Shown: in pieces, positions 1-9,058 of the stretch
Layout: each line of letters starts with the position of its first letter
Numbering within the stretch: position 1 is the first letter of the stretch
Origin: an uncultured Armatimonadetes bacterium
GTDB lineage: Bacteria; Armatimonadota; UBA5829; DTJY01
Length of the DNA stretch: 64,000 bases
Assembly: GCA_963717145.1 (NCBI GenBank)
Contig: OY970325.1
Coordinates: 2,368,001 to 2,432,000, forward strand
Direction of reading: 5' to 3'
Notes under the pieces: model-generated
Database searches by the model: none
Told to the model about the DNA's origin: nothing
The model's input: the letters and a program-made list of their open reading frames with translations, nothing else
Position numbers and translations under genes: made by a program

Positions 1-944
1 GGCTTCCCGCTGGTGACGGCGGTCTGGTTGTAGCGGTTGATCTCGGCGAAGATCTCCTGCATCCAGCCGGGCTCGTAGTGGCTGGCCCCGTTCTCCGGAT
101 GCCCGCCTTTCCAGTAGTAGACGCCGTTGCACTCGGTCGCATAGAGCGGCAGGTGATAGAGGTCGCTCGGGATGCCGTAGTCGATCCAGTCCTTGTAGAC
201 GTAGAAGCTGAAATACAGGTCTCTGCCGCCCGCATTGACCTTCCAGTTGCTGTGGATGTCGTTGTACGTGTAGCCCCTGGAGTTGATGTGCAGGGCCATG
301 CCGTCGATGCCGCCGCTCGTCTTGATGGCGGTGAGCATCTGGTTGAGGTAATCGACCCAGTTGAGCGGGCAGCCGTCGTGGGTCCATTGGTCGAACACGC
401 CGGGACCGTACGGGCCGCCGAACGGTCCGAGCGCCTGAGAGACGACCTTGTGGGACGGCCTTACCGCTTTGATCGCGTTGTAGACGAGCCGGAAGCAGTT
501 GGCGTAGTCCTGAGGCGAAACGTAGGGCTTGTTGCCACCGTCGGGAGGCCACTCGACCGCCAGATTGGTCTCGTTGCCGATCACCCATATCTCGCAGCCG
601 GGTGAGTTCTGCACGAAATTGGCGCATCTCTGGGCGAAATCGGCGTAATATGCGCGGAGAGGGATCGTGCCGACATCGCTGTATCCGTTGTTGATCCGGC
701 AGACGACGGTGTGGCCCTGGTTCGAGAAGCCGGTGAAGTTGACGCCGCTCTGGTCGCCCGGATTGTGTCCGACCGCGACCGTGGAGGTGAGCCATCCGCC
801 GGTGACGGTGCCCTGCTTGACGTGATTCAGCCACTCGGTTGGCGCAGGATCGGTGTCGTGGATGCCGTATATGAACGGGCTCTCGGCGGCGGATGCGCCG
901 GAAGCGATCAACAGCAGGATTGCCAGGATGTAACGAACTCGCAT
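1..944 (-). CDS. Secreted glycoside-hydrolase-like protein (clan GH-A-type TIM barrel); C-terminus runs off the window edge
   Basis: Not in the ORF track because it is open at the edge. Manual translation from ATG 944 gives signal peptide MRVRYILAILLLIASGASAA, then WVIGNETN (acid/base-like NE) and LYATECN (nucleophile-like E). GGAG RBS at 951-954. Confidence 0.7.
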   Translation of the reverse strand, partial: MRVRYILAILLLIASGASAAESPFIYGIHDTDPAPTEWLNHVKQGTVTGGWLTSTVAVGHNPGDQSGVNFTGFSNQGHTVVCRINNGYSDVGTIPLRAYYADFAQRCANFVQNSPGCEIWVIGNETNLAVEWPPDGGNKPYVSPQDYANCFRLVYNAIKAVRPSHKVVSQALGPFGGPYGPGVFDQWTHDGCPLNWVDYLNQMLTAIKTSGGIDGMALHINSRGYTYNDIHSNWKVNAGGRDLYFSFYVYKDWIDYGIPSDLYHLPLYATECNGVYYWKGGHPENGASHYEPGWMQEIFAEINRYNQTAVTSGK

Positions 945-1034
945 GTATTACTCCAAGAAGGTTTCCCCACCCCTTAGACTATCACACGAGCGCCGGGATG
1001 ACAATCGGTAAATATACCTGGAGTTGCGTGGACC

Positions 1035-1129
1035 GACCCCTCCCCAGCCCTCCCCGCAACGGAGAGGGAGCGCCCCCGCCGGCAAGAGAGGTGCTCCCTC
1101 TCCGTTGCGGGGAGGGGCGGGGAGGGGTC
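1035..1129. repeat. Intergenic palindrome of the CCCTC(T/C)CC...GGAGAGGG family
   Basis: gacccctccccagccctccccgcaacggagagggagc...gctccctctccgttgcggggaggggcggggaggggtc near-perfect inverted repeat; same architecture as 52362-52448. Confidence 0.85.
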
Positions 1130-1138
1130 TTCCGGTCG

Positions 1139-2923
1139 TCAGTGGGTCGGAGTATGTGGTGACAGCTCGACCTTGTCGGCGGCGAGTTCGGCGGCGCGCT
1201 CCCTCGCGAGGGTACGGCGATCCTCCTCGGAGAGGCGCTTGAGTTGCGCGGTCAGGGGCACACTGCGGGGAGTGCCGTCCGAGAGCACGAGATTGAACTG
1301 AAGGCTGTTCACGGGGTCGCCCTTCTTCGCGATGCGGATCGTGCACTTCCGCAGACCCGCCTCGTCTTCCTTTACCGCCATGACGTTCGCCCAGTCGGTG
1401 AGCCGTGCGAACTGGTCGGCATCCAGCTTCGAGACGGACAGGCCTTCCGGGGTGCACGCCTGATCCTCGAACGCCGAGCCGAGCATCCGCACCATCCGCC
1501 CGGTCCGGGGGAACCACCTCGCCTGCCATGCTTGAGGGATGAACCGGAATCCTCCCCAGTACGTCTGCCGGTCGCGAAGGCATGCGATGTCGAGCAGATC
1601 GTCGAGCGAGAGTCCGCCGGTCTCCGTCACCCTTCGCCACCAGTGCTCCTGGAGAGTCATCGGCGGCTCCTCCGGCAGCGGTCGGAGGAACCATTTGTTC
1701 GCGCGGAACCGGAGCGTGCCCTCCTCTACCTGGCAGGAGTAGTCCATCCTGACACATACATCGCGGACGAGCTTGTCAAGCGGTTCGTCCGTGTATTCCG
1801 GCAGCGGGTCCTCCTGGAAATACCAGTTGGCGATGACATTCACCTTCCCCCGCCGGGCGACAGCCTCCAGGGCGTGACCGAGCAGGATATCGCCGCCGTG
1901 GTACAACTCCTTGCGGTCGCTCTTGACGGTGACGAGGGTCTCGGAAGTGAGCGGATCGCCCTCTACTCTCCCCGGCGGCGCTTCCGGCAGGTTGAGGAAA
2001 TCGGACTCGCCCTCGGTGTAGTGGGGCCAGCCGTTCATGCATCTCCACGCGGGTTCGTCTCCCCGGGCGGGCAGCGACAGGTACAGAGTGAGGTGAGGCG
2101 CGCCGAAGACGCTGGGCCGCCAGTGCTTGAACCGCACCATCGACTTCTCGATCTCGGCCAGGGTGTAGGGCACAAACGCCGGATCTTGTGTGACATACGC
2201 GTTGAGGGTCTTGAGGACTCCCGTCTTCATCTCCGCCGACAGCTCGGCATAGCTCCATCCCATGCCGACGTCGTTGATGCAGCCGCGAATGGTCTCCTTG
2301 TCCATGAGGTTGATCAGCCGGAGCAACTCCTGCTTCGACGGGTCCGATGCGGTCTTGTACAGGCGCGGGTTGGTCTGAGCCATCCGCGCGAGTTCGGCCG
2401 GATTGTCGAGCGTTTTCGTGGCCTGGTCAATCGCATCGAGGAGCGCCTCGACCTTCGCTGCTTCCTGGTCGCTGCGAACCTGCTCCCTGCGCTTGGCGTG
2501 GACCAGGTCTTCGAAGAGTTCGTAGGTCCACGCGTCCTTCTGACCCTTCGCCAGCCAGAAGTAACCGTAGAGCGCGGAGATCTCCGACATGACATCGCGG
2601 AGGGGCGTCTGTTGGAAATAGACGATTGGCCGTTCGCCCGAGATTTCCTTCGCCACGACGAGACTGACGCCGGTCGCCTTCCGGAGGTCCGCGAACAGGT
2701 CCTTCATGTTCGTGCTCTTGACGGCGATGTCCACCTTCACATCGAGGCGCTTGTCCTGGTCGAACTCCGCCGGCATCTTCGGCGACGTCTCGTCGAACGG
2801 CGAGTAGAGCTTCGGCGCCTCGGCGGATGCCTGCTCGGTCGCCGCGTAACATGCGGCGGTCAGGAGCACGAGGCATGCTGCGGCGTGGAGAACGGACCGG
2901 AATGACTTCGAAACGCTGAACAT
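1139..2923 (-). CDS. Secreted hypothetical protein with STN-like (secretin/TonB N-terminal-like) segments, paralog A
   Basis: 594-aa ORF, signal peptide, AAGGGG RBS; long blocks near-identical to the 2968-4743 protein. STN-like call is by resemblance only. Confidence 0.75.
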   Translation of the reverse strand: MFSVSKSFRSVLHAAACLVLLTAACYAATEQASAEAPKLYSPFDETSPKMPAEFDQDKRLDVKVDIAVKSTNMKDLFADLRKATGVSLVVAKEISGERPIVYFQQTPLRDVMSEISALYGYFWLAKGQKDAWTYELFEDLVHAKRREQVRSDQEAAKVEALLDAIDQATKTLDNPAELARMAQTNPRLYKTASDPSKQELLRLINLMDKETIRGCINDVGMGWSYAELSAEMKTGVLKTLNAYVTQDPAFVPYTLAEIEKSMVRFKHWRPSVFGAPHLTLYLSLPARGDEPAWRCMNGWPHYTEGESDFLNLPEAPPGRVEGDPLTSETLVTVKSDRKELYHGGDILLGHALEAVARRGKVNVIANWYFQEDPLPEYTDEPLDKLVRDVCVRMDYSCQVEEGTLRFRANKWFLRPLPEEPPMTLQEHWWRRVTETGGLSLDDLLDIACLRDRQTYWGGFRFIPQAWQARWFPRTGRMVRMLGSAFEDQACTPEGLSVSKLDADQFARLTDWANVMAVKEDEAGLRKCTIRIAKKGDPVNSLQFNLVLSDGTPRSVPLTAQLKRLSEEDRRTLARERAAELAADKVELSPHTPTH

Positions 2924-2967
2924 AATGGCTGACCCCTTTCACACAAGAGAGAACACGGCTTGGCTTG

Positions 2968-4743
2968 TTACTTTCCCTCCGCTGACAGCTCGACCTTGTC
3001 GGCAGCGAGTTCGGCTGCCCGCTCCTCCGCAAGGGTGCGGCGGTCCTCCTCGGAGAGGGTCGCGACTCGCGCGGTCATGGTTATGGTGCGGATCTTGCCG
3101 TCAGGGAGCGTGAGCATGAAGCGGATGAGGTCTACCGGAACACCGCTCTTCTCGATACGGATCACGGACCCCATCAGCACTTCCTTCTCCCTGACCCCCA
3201 TGACGCGCCCCCACTCTTCGAGCTTGGCGAGCTGCTCGGAGCTCAGCCTCGAGACTGCCAGGCCTTCGGGGGTACCCGCCTGATCCTCCAGAGCCGGGCC
3301 GAGCGTCCGCACGATCCTCGCGGTCGTTGGGAACAGCCGGGCCTGGTATGCCTGCGGAATGAACCGGAAGCCGCCCCAGAACGTCTGCCGGCCGCGGAGA
3401 TTCGCGATGTCCACCAGGTCCTCCAGCGAGAGCCCGCCGGTCTCGAAGATCCTGCGCCACCAGTGCTCCTGGAGCGTCATCGGCGGCTCCTCCTGAAGCG
3501 GCTGGAGGAACCACTTGTTGCATCGGAACCGGATCGTATTCCCCTCAACCTGGCAGGAGTAGTCCATCTTGAGGCACGCGTCCCTGACGAACTTGTCCAG
3601 CGGCTCATCCTCGCAGAGGGGGAACGGTGTCTCCTGGTAGTAGTAGTCGGCGATAACATTCAGGTTCGCCTGCTTCGCGATCGCCTCCAGCACGTCTTGG
3701 GCAAGGATCGCACCGTAGTGGAACACCTCGTACTTCTTCTCGACGGTGATCTTCACGTCCTTCGAAAGCGGATCGCCGGTCACTTTCCCCGCGGGCTGTT
3801 CGGCCATGCTCAGCAGATCGGGCTCTCCATCCTGGTAAGCGGGCCAGTCTTCGTACAGCTTCATCCCGCCGGTCCCGTCCGCCTTCGCCGGGAAATGCAC
3901 TATGAGAATGAGGTGCGGAGGAGTGAAGACGCTTGCCCGCCACCGCTTGATCTGCACCCGGGACGAACCCAGGCTGTCGGCGGTCACCGGCGGGAAGTTC
4001 TCCGGAGTGCCCCCAGGCCCCATGTTGACGAAATCGACGACTCCGGCCTGCATCTCGGGCGAAAGCTTGGGGAAATCCCACCCCATTCCCAGGTCGTTGA
4101 CCAGAGTGCGAAGGAATCCCCTGTCTATCTGCCTGACGACGTTGAGGACTGCTCTCTTTCGAGTCACCGTCGCCGATGCATAGAGGCGCGGGTTGGTCTG
4201 CCGCAGCCGTTCAAGGGCCGCATCGTTTCCCAGGACCTCCGTACACATGTCGATGCACTTCATTAGCGCATCGACCTGCGCCGCTTCCTGGTCATTGCGC
4301 ACCTGCTCCCGTCGCTTGGCGTGGACCAGGTCCTCGAATAGCTCGTAGGTCCAGGCATCTTTCTGACCCTTCGCGAGCCAGAAGTAGCCGTATAGGACGG
4401 ATATCTCCGTCATCACATCGCGCAGGGGAGCGCCATGGAAGAAGACGATCGGACGCTCGCCTGAGAGTTCCTTGGCGACGACAACGTTCACGCCGGTCGC
4501 CTTCCGAAGGTCGGCGAAGAGGTCCTTCATGTTCTTGCTCTTGACGGCGATGTCGACCTTCACGTCAAGGCGCTTGTCCCCGGCGAACTCCGCCGGCATC
4601 TTCGGCGACTTCTCATCGAACGGCGAGTAGAGCTTCGACTGTTCCGCTGCTGCCGGCTCATCGGCGGAGAAACAGGCGACCTGAGACAGTAGGATGATCG
4701 CAAAGAGAATCAGACGGCATGAGTTTCGAGCACCGAGGAACAT
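2968..4743 (-). CDS. Secreted hypothetical protein with STN-like segments, paralog B
   Basis: Start ATG 4743 behind AAGGGG; signal peptide; tandem paralog of 1139-2923. Confidence 0.75.
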   Translation of the reverse strand: MFLGARNSCRLILFAIILLSQVACFSADEPAAAEQSKLYSPFDEKSPKMPAEFAGDKRLDVKVDIAVKSKNMKDLFADLRKATGVNVVVAKELSGERPIVFFHGAPLRDVMTEISVLYGYFWLAKGQKDAWTYELFEDLVHAKRREQVRNDQEAAQVDALMKCIDMCTEVLGNDAALERLRQTNPRLYASATVTRKRAVLNVVRQIDRGFLRTLVNDLGMGWDFPKLSPEMQAGVVDFVNMGPGGTPENFPPVTADSLGSSRVQIKRWRASVFTPPHLILIVHFPAKADGTGGMKLYEDWPAYQDGEPDLLSMAEQPAGKVTGDPLSKDVKITVEKKYEVFHYGAILAQDVLEAIAKQANLNVIADYYYQETPFPLCEDEPLDKFVRDACLKMDYSCQVEGNTIRFRCNKWFLQPLQEEPPMTLQEHWWRRIFETGGLSLEDLVDIANLRGRQTFWGGFRFIPQAYQARLFPTTARIVRTLGPALEDQAGTPEGLAVSRLSSEQLAKLEEWGRVMGVREKEVLMGSVIRIEKSGVPVDLIRFMLTLPDGKIRTITMTARVATLSEEDRRTLAEERAAELAADKVELSAEGK

Positions 4744-4889
4744 GACACTTACCCCTTTCATCGGAGTCCGTGGATCGACGATAGAGCGACCGCCGGTATG
4801 ATAGCAGTTCGACGTTCACGTGGAGTATCCTCTCAGACTGGCGCGCAGGAATACGGGGCGCGGTCGCAGAAGGTAAAGGCAATGGTTTT

Positions 4890-4922
4890 GAGTAGGAGTA
4901 TGAGTAGGAGTATGAGTAGGAG
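4890..4922. repeat. Hexamer micro-repeat GAGTA(G/T) x5.5 overlapping the glmU RBS
   Basis: gagtaggagtatgagtaggagtatgagtaggag ends 6 nt before ATG 4929. Confidence 0.85.
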
Positions 4923-4928
4923 CGGAAA

Positions 4929-6305
4929 ATGCCGGATATGATTGGGATCATCCTCGCCGCCGGGAAGGGCACGCGCATGAAGTCGAAGCTGCCGAAAGCC
5001 CTCCATCCGATATGCGGCAAACCGATCACCCGCTGGGTGATCGACGCGTGCAGAGACGCCGGGGTCGCGGACTGCGTGGTCGTGATCGGTCATGGCGCAG
5101 ACCAGGTCCGTGAGGGACTCGGCAGCGATGTCAGATATGCGGTCCAGGAACCGCAGCTTGGGACGGGTCATGCGTGCATGATGGCCCTCAAGGAGATCGA
5201 TGCCACAGAGGGCAATGTCCTGGTGGCGACCGGCGACACCGCTCTCCTGCGAATGGAAGTCCTCAGGCAACTGGCGGATGAGCACCTGAAGAGCGGCGCC
5301 GATGCTACCGTCCTCACCACCGTACTCGCCGATGCGAGTCACTACGGCCGAGTCATACGCGCTTCGGATGGCTCCGTGCAGGGCATAGTCGAGGCGAAGG
5401 ATTGCAGCCCGGAGCAGTTGGCGATTCGTGAGATGAACTCCGGGATCTTCTGCTTCAACCTGCCGCTGCTCCGAGAAGCCCTGACGCGAATCGAGCCGGC
5501 CAACGCTCAAGGAGAGTATTACCTGACCGACGTGATCGCCCTGATGGCAAACGATGGTCGCAGGGTCGGCGCGGTGATCTCCGATGACACGGATATCGCG
5601 CTCGGCGTCAACAATCGAGTCGATCTGGCGCACTTCAACGGCGTCATCCGGCGGCGCATCCTCGAGCGGCTGATGCTCGACGGCGTGACGATCATCGATC
5701 CGACCTCGACGTATCCCGACTATGACGTGCAAGTTGGGCCTGATACGGTGATCCACCCGATGACCGTCCTGGAGAAGGGCTGCAGGATCGGCGAGGGATG
5801 CGTAATCGGGCCGTCGACCCGCATGGTGAACGTGACTCTGGGGAACGAGGTGACGGTGCTCTCCTCGAATCTCGTCGACAGCACGGTCGGCGATGGGACG
5901 CACATCGGACCGTTCGCCAATATCAGGCCGGGATGCCGGATCGGGAGGAACGTCAAGATCGGCGATTTCGTCGAGGCGAAGAACTCTGAGATCGGCGATT
6001 CGGTATCCCTGGCGCACCTGGCCTACGTGGGCGACTCGACTGTCGGCGATCACGCGAATATCGGCGCGGGCACGATCACCTGCAACTACGACGGCCGCGT
6101 TAAGAACCGGACCACTATCGGCCGGAATGCGTTCGTCGGCTCGAACTCCACCCTGGTCGCCCCGGTCGAGATCGGCGAGGGCGCGTATGTGGCCGCCGGA
6201 TCGGTCATCACGGAGAACGTGCCGGCGGATGCCCTCGGGCTTGGCAGGAGCCATCAGACAGTCAAAGAGGGCTGGGCGAAACGGCGTCGAGAGGAATCAC
6301 CGTGA
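4929..6305 (+). CDS. glmU: Bifunctional UDP-GlcNAc pyrophosphorylase / glucosamine-1-P acetyltransferase
   Basis: ILAAGKGTRMKS..PK, QEPQLGTGHA, GEYYLTD, hexapeptide repeats, NIGAGTITCNYDG. Confidence 0.97.
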   Translation: MPDMIGIILAAGKGTRMKSKLPKALHPICGKPITRWVIDACRDAGVADCVVVIGHGADQVREGLGSDVRYAVQEPQLGTGHACMMALKEIDATEGNVLVATGDTALLRMEVLRQLADEHLKSGADATVLTTVLADASHYGRVIRASDGSVQGIVEAKDCSPEQLAIREMNSGIFCFNLPLLREALTRIEPANAQGEYYLTDVIALMANDGRRVGAVISDDTDIALGVNNRVDLAHFNGVIRRRILERLMLDGVTIIDPTSTYPDYDVQVGPDTVIHPMTVLEKGCRIGEGCVIGPSTRMVNVTLGNEVTVLSSNLVDSTVGDGTHIGPFANIRPGCRIGRNVKIGDFVEAKNSEIGDSVSLAHLAYVGDSTVGDHANIGAGTITCNYDGRVKNRTTIGRNAFVGSNSTLVAPVEIGEGAYVAAGSVITENVPADALGLGRSHQTVKEGWAKRRREESP

Positions 6306-6877
6306 AGCTGATCGTCGGTTTGGGCAACCCGGGCAGGCAGTACCACGGCACTCGACATAACGTAGGCTTCGAGGTGTTGGAAGTCCTGTCGAAGGCGCAC
6401 CGCATCCCGATCAAGGCGCGTCGGAGCAGAGCGGTCGTCGGCGAGGGAACGATCGGCGGACAAGAAGTCGTCCTTGCCAAGCCGCAGACGTTCATGAACC
6501 TGAGCGGCGAGGCGGTCGGCGCGCTTGCCCGACGGTATCGGATCGCCCCTGAGAACATTCTGGTCATCTACGACGACAGCAATCTCCCGCTCGGGAAGCT
6601 GAGAATCCGCACGAAGGGTTCGGCGGGCGGCCACAACGGAATGAAGTCGATCATCCACAGCCTCGGGAGCGATGAGTTCCCCCGAATCAGGCTGGGGATC
6701 GGATCGCCGGACCGACGCGAGATGATCGATCACGTGCTCAGCAAGTTCAAGCGGGCGGAGATTCCTGTCGTGCGAGATGCGATCCAGCACGCGGCGGAGG
6801 CGGTGGAGATGTATCTCTCCGAGGGCCCCGAGCCGACGATGAATCGGTTCAATACGGGGGTCGGGAGTGAGGTGTAG
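6302..6877 (+). CDS. pth: Peptidyl-tRNA hydrolase
   Basis: KLIVGLGNPG, TRHNVGF, KPQTFMNLSG, GSAGGHNG, RIRLGI; GTGA overlap with glmU. Confidence 0.97.
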   Translation: MKLIVGLGNPGRQYHGTRHNVGFEVLEVLSKAHRIPIKARRSRAVVGEGTIGGQEVVLAKPQTFMNLSGEAVGALARRYRIAPENILVIYDDSNLPLGKLRIRTKGSAGGHNGMKSIIHSLGSDEFPRIRLGIGSPDRREMIDHVLSKFKRAEIPVVRDAIQHAAEAVEMYLSEGPEPTMNRFNTGVGSEV

Positions 6878-6931
6878 ATCTGAACCCGGAGCGTGTGCGA
6901 CTGTCGCTGAGCATGCTATAGGCGATGACAT

Positions 6932-7834
6932 ATGACTGACAGACCGGAAGATAACCAGCTTTGTGTGCTAGTATACGGTGGATGCTTCATTCCCAACTAT
7001 CTGGCGATGGAGTTGTTCTTGCGGGCCTGCAAGATTCCGTTCAGGGTACTGTCAGACGACGATATGGAGAGTTTCACTTTCCAGTCGAATCACAGGCTTT
7101 TCGTTTTTCCCACAGGACACTGTTTCGTCGATACCCCTGAGAATGCAATGGGTGGAAAGAAGGGAAGAGAGAATCTGAAACGCGCAGTGGCCAATGGCAT
7201 GAGCTACATGGGAATATGTGCTGGAGCGTTTGCAGCCACACAGAGATCCTATGCCCCGATTGACGTTGCCCTGGGCCTGGTTGGAATGCGCCACCGTTGG
7301 CCGAACGAGATGGGAGTTGGAGTGCAGTTCTTGACTGTCAAGGTTGCCCCGGACCTGGCGCGGGCAGCCGGCCTGGACCGGGATCTACTGCGCATGTGGT
7401 ATCATAACGGTCCGATCCTATCTGCCGGCACGACGACTGATCATCAGGTTCTGGCTGCGTTCCAGCCTAGCAGAGCAGAAAGGAAGATGGCAGGAGCGTT
7501 CTTCTTGAAAGGGAAGCATCTCTTGCACACACCTGCGGTTGTTGCCGTGAGATACGGAAACGGTCGGGTTGTTCTGTGTAGTCCCCACCCGGAACTCGGC
7601 GATATGGGAGTTCGTGATTATCAGAGCCTTATCAGGCAGTGGCTTGCAGATAACGGCTTCACTGATACCGAAGATGATCCGTTGCAGCCAGGAATGCCGG
7701 CTCATCGCAGATTCATGGATAGCCTTGGGGGGAAGCTGATGGAACCTGTCAGAAGAAGTCAGAACTGGAAATTCCTACTAGCCATCGTCGCTGACTTGGT
7801 GGAGACTCAGGGTGGTGGCCGCATGATTCTGTAA
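6932..7834 (+). CDS. Stand-alone BPL_N / class I glutamine-amidotransferase-like protein
   Basis: G.SYMGICAGAF nucleophile elbow, YHNGP, YGNGRVVLCSPHPE (C...HPE triad). Confidence 0.7.
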   Translation: MTDRPEDNQLCVLVYGGCFIPNYLAMELFLRACKIPFRVLSDDDMESFTFQSNHRLFVFPTGHCFVDTPENAMGGKKGRENLKRAVANGMSYMGICAGAFAATQRSYAPIDVALGLVGMRHRWPNEMGVGVQFLTVKVAPDLARAAGLDRDLLRMWYHNGPILSAGTTTDHQVLAAFQPSRAERKMAGAFFLKGKHLLHTPAVVAVRYGNGRVVLCSPHPELGDMGVRDYQSLIRQWLADNGFTDTEDDPLQPGMPAHRRFMDSLGGKLMEPVRRSQNWKFLLAIVADLVETQGGGRMIL

Positions 7835-7938
7835 GGGTTGGAGGGCACGGTACCCAGGTTGGTTGCTTAGCCAGTGGCGGGGTATTAGGTTCCCAGCACT
7901 CCGATACTCCAATACTCCATTTTTCGTTTCTCGCTTGC

Positions 7939-7967
7939 TTGACAATCAGGAGACGCCGTGGTATATT
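7939..7967 (+). promoter_or_regulatory. Sigma70-type promoter
   Basis: TTGACA-17 nt-TATATT with a TG extension. Confidence 0.65.
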
Positions 7968-8079
7968 CGCTGAGAGTTTCGGAGACACAGTCCCGACTCC
8001 CACCCGAGGATTCGGGACACCACCCGCATTGACCGGCAAGTCATGGATGATGCGACCCATAATCCGGGAGGTGAATCCG

Positions 8080-8337
8080 ATGGAGAAAGCACAAGCACGG
8101 GCCGAAATCAGCCCGGCAGTCGCGATGCTTGTCGTGATTCTGGTTCTGTCCATGGCGATCGGGATGGTGCTGTATTGTCTGCAGCACAACTCGGTTGGAA
8201 TCGCGGCGACAGGGTCGAGTCTGATCAGGGGACGGGCGATCAGCCCGCTGTCCCGAGGAGCGACAGGCATGGAGGCGCGGTCCAATCCCGATGCGCAGCA
8301 GAAGGCCGGGTCTCAAGCGGCGACACAGAAAGATTGA
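8080..8337 (+). CDS. Small single-pass membrane protein (85 aa)
   Basis: Strong GGAGGTGA RBS; hydrophobic AVAMLVVILVLSMAIGMVLYCL; own promoter and terminator. Confidence 0.6.
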   Translation: MEKAQARAEISPAVAMLVVILVLSMAIGMVLYCLQHNSVGIAATGSSLIRGRAISPLSRGATGMEARSNPDAQQKAGSQAATQKD

Positions 8338-8364
8338 TTTTCGCAGAGTTCTGAGGTATGACTG

Positions 8365-8394
8365 AGGGTGCAGACACGTGCTGCACCCTTTTTT
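8365..8394 (+). terminator. Rho-independent terminator
   Basis: agggtgcag-loop-ctgcaccct followed by a T run. Confidence 0.75.
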
Positions 8395-8419
8395 CATCTC
8401 ATGGCATGTAGGAGGGGGA

Positions 8420-9052
8420 ATGCAGTATTCTCAGCCGATCAGGGGAGTATACGTCATCACCGACTCGGTGCTTCGACCCGATCGGTCGCACATTGAAGTC
8501 GCCCGCGCGGCCATCGAAGGCGGCTCGAAGATCATCCAGTTGAGAGACAAGAACGCCTCCGACGCCGAACTGATACCGATCGCCAGGGAGATCCGCCGGA
8601 TCGCTTCCGAGGCAGGCGCGATCTTCATCGTTAACGACCGCATCGAGGTCGCGCTCGCGTCCGAGGCTGACGGGCTGCACATCGGCCAGGAGGATATGCC
8701 GCTTGTGGAGGCGCGAAAGCGTTGGCCCGACCGCCTCCTGGGCGTCTCGGTCACGACTTTCGAGCAGGCGATCGAGGCTGTGCGTGACGGCGCGGACCAC
8801 CTCGGAGTCGGCCCGATCTACTCGACCTCGACCAAGCTGGATGCGGCCGAGGTCACCGGGCTCGATCTCATAGGACGCATACGTCGCATATCTCCTATAC
8901 CCATCGTGGCGATCGGTGGGATCGGGCTCTCGAACATCGTGGAGGTCGCCCGAGCGGGCGCGGATTCTGCGGCGGTGATCTCGGCGGTGGTGTGCGCGGA
9001 TGACATGGTGGCGGCAACGCGGGCGCTGGTCGAGGCGTGGAATGCGAAATGA
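8420..9052 (+). CDS. thiE: Thiamine-phosphate synthase
   Basis: YVITD, IQLRDK, IVNDR, ADGLHIGQED, GPIYSTSTK, VAIGGI, AVISA. Confidence 0.95.
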   Translation: MQYSQPIRGVYVITDSVLRPDRSHIEVARAAIEGGSKIIQLRDKNASDAELIPIAREIRRIASEAGAIFIVNDRIEVALASEADGLHIGQEDMPLVEARKRWPDRLLGVSVTTFEQAIEAVRDGADHLGVGPIYSTSTKLDAAEVTGLDLIGRIRRISPIPIVAIGGIGLSNIVEVARAGADSAAVISAVVCADDMVAATRALVEAWNAK

Positions 9053-9058
9053 CCGGTT

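Noticed and set aside
7968-8420. TPP riboswitch upstream of thiE
   Set aside because: Only a CTGAGA hexamer is present; the other conserved TPP elements are missing, and a separate ORF and terminator intervene.
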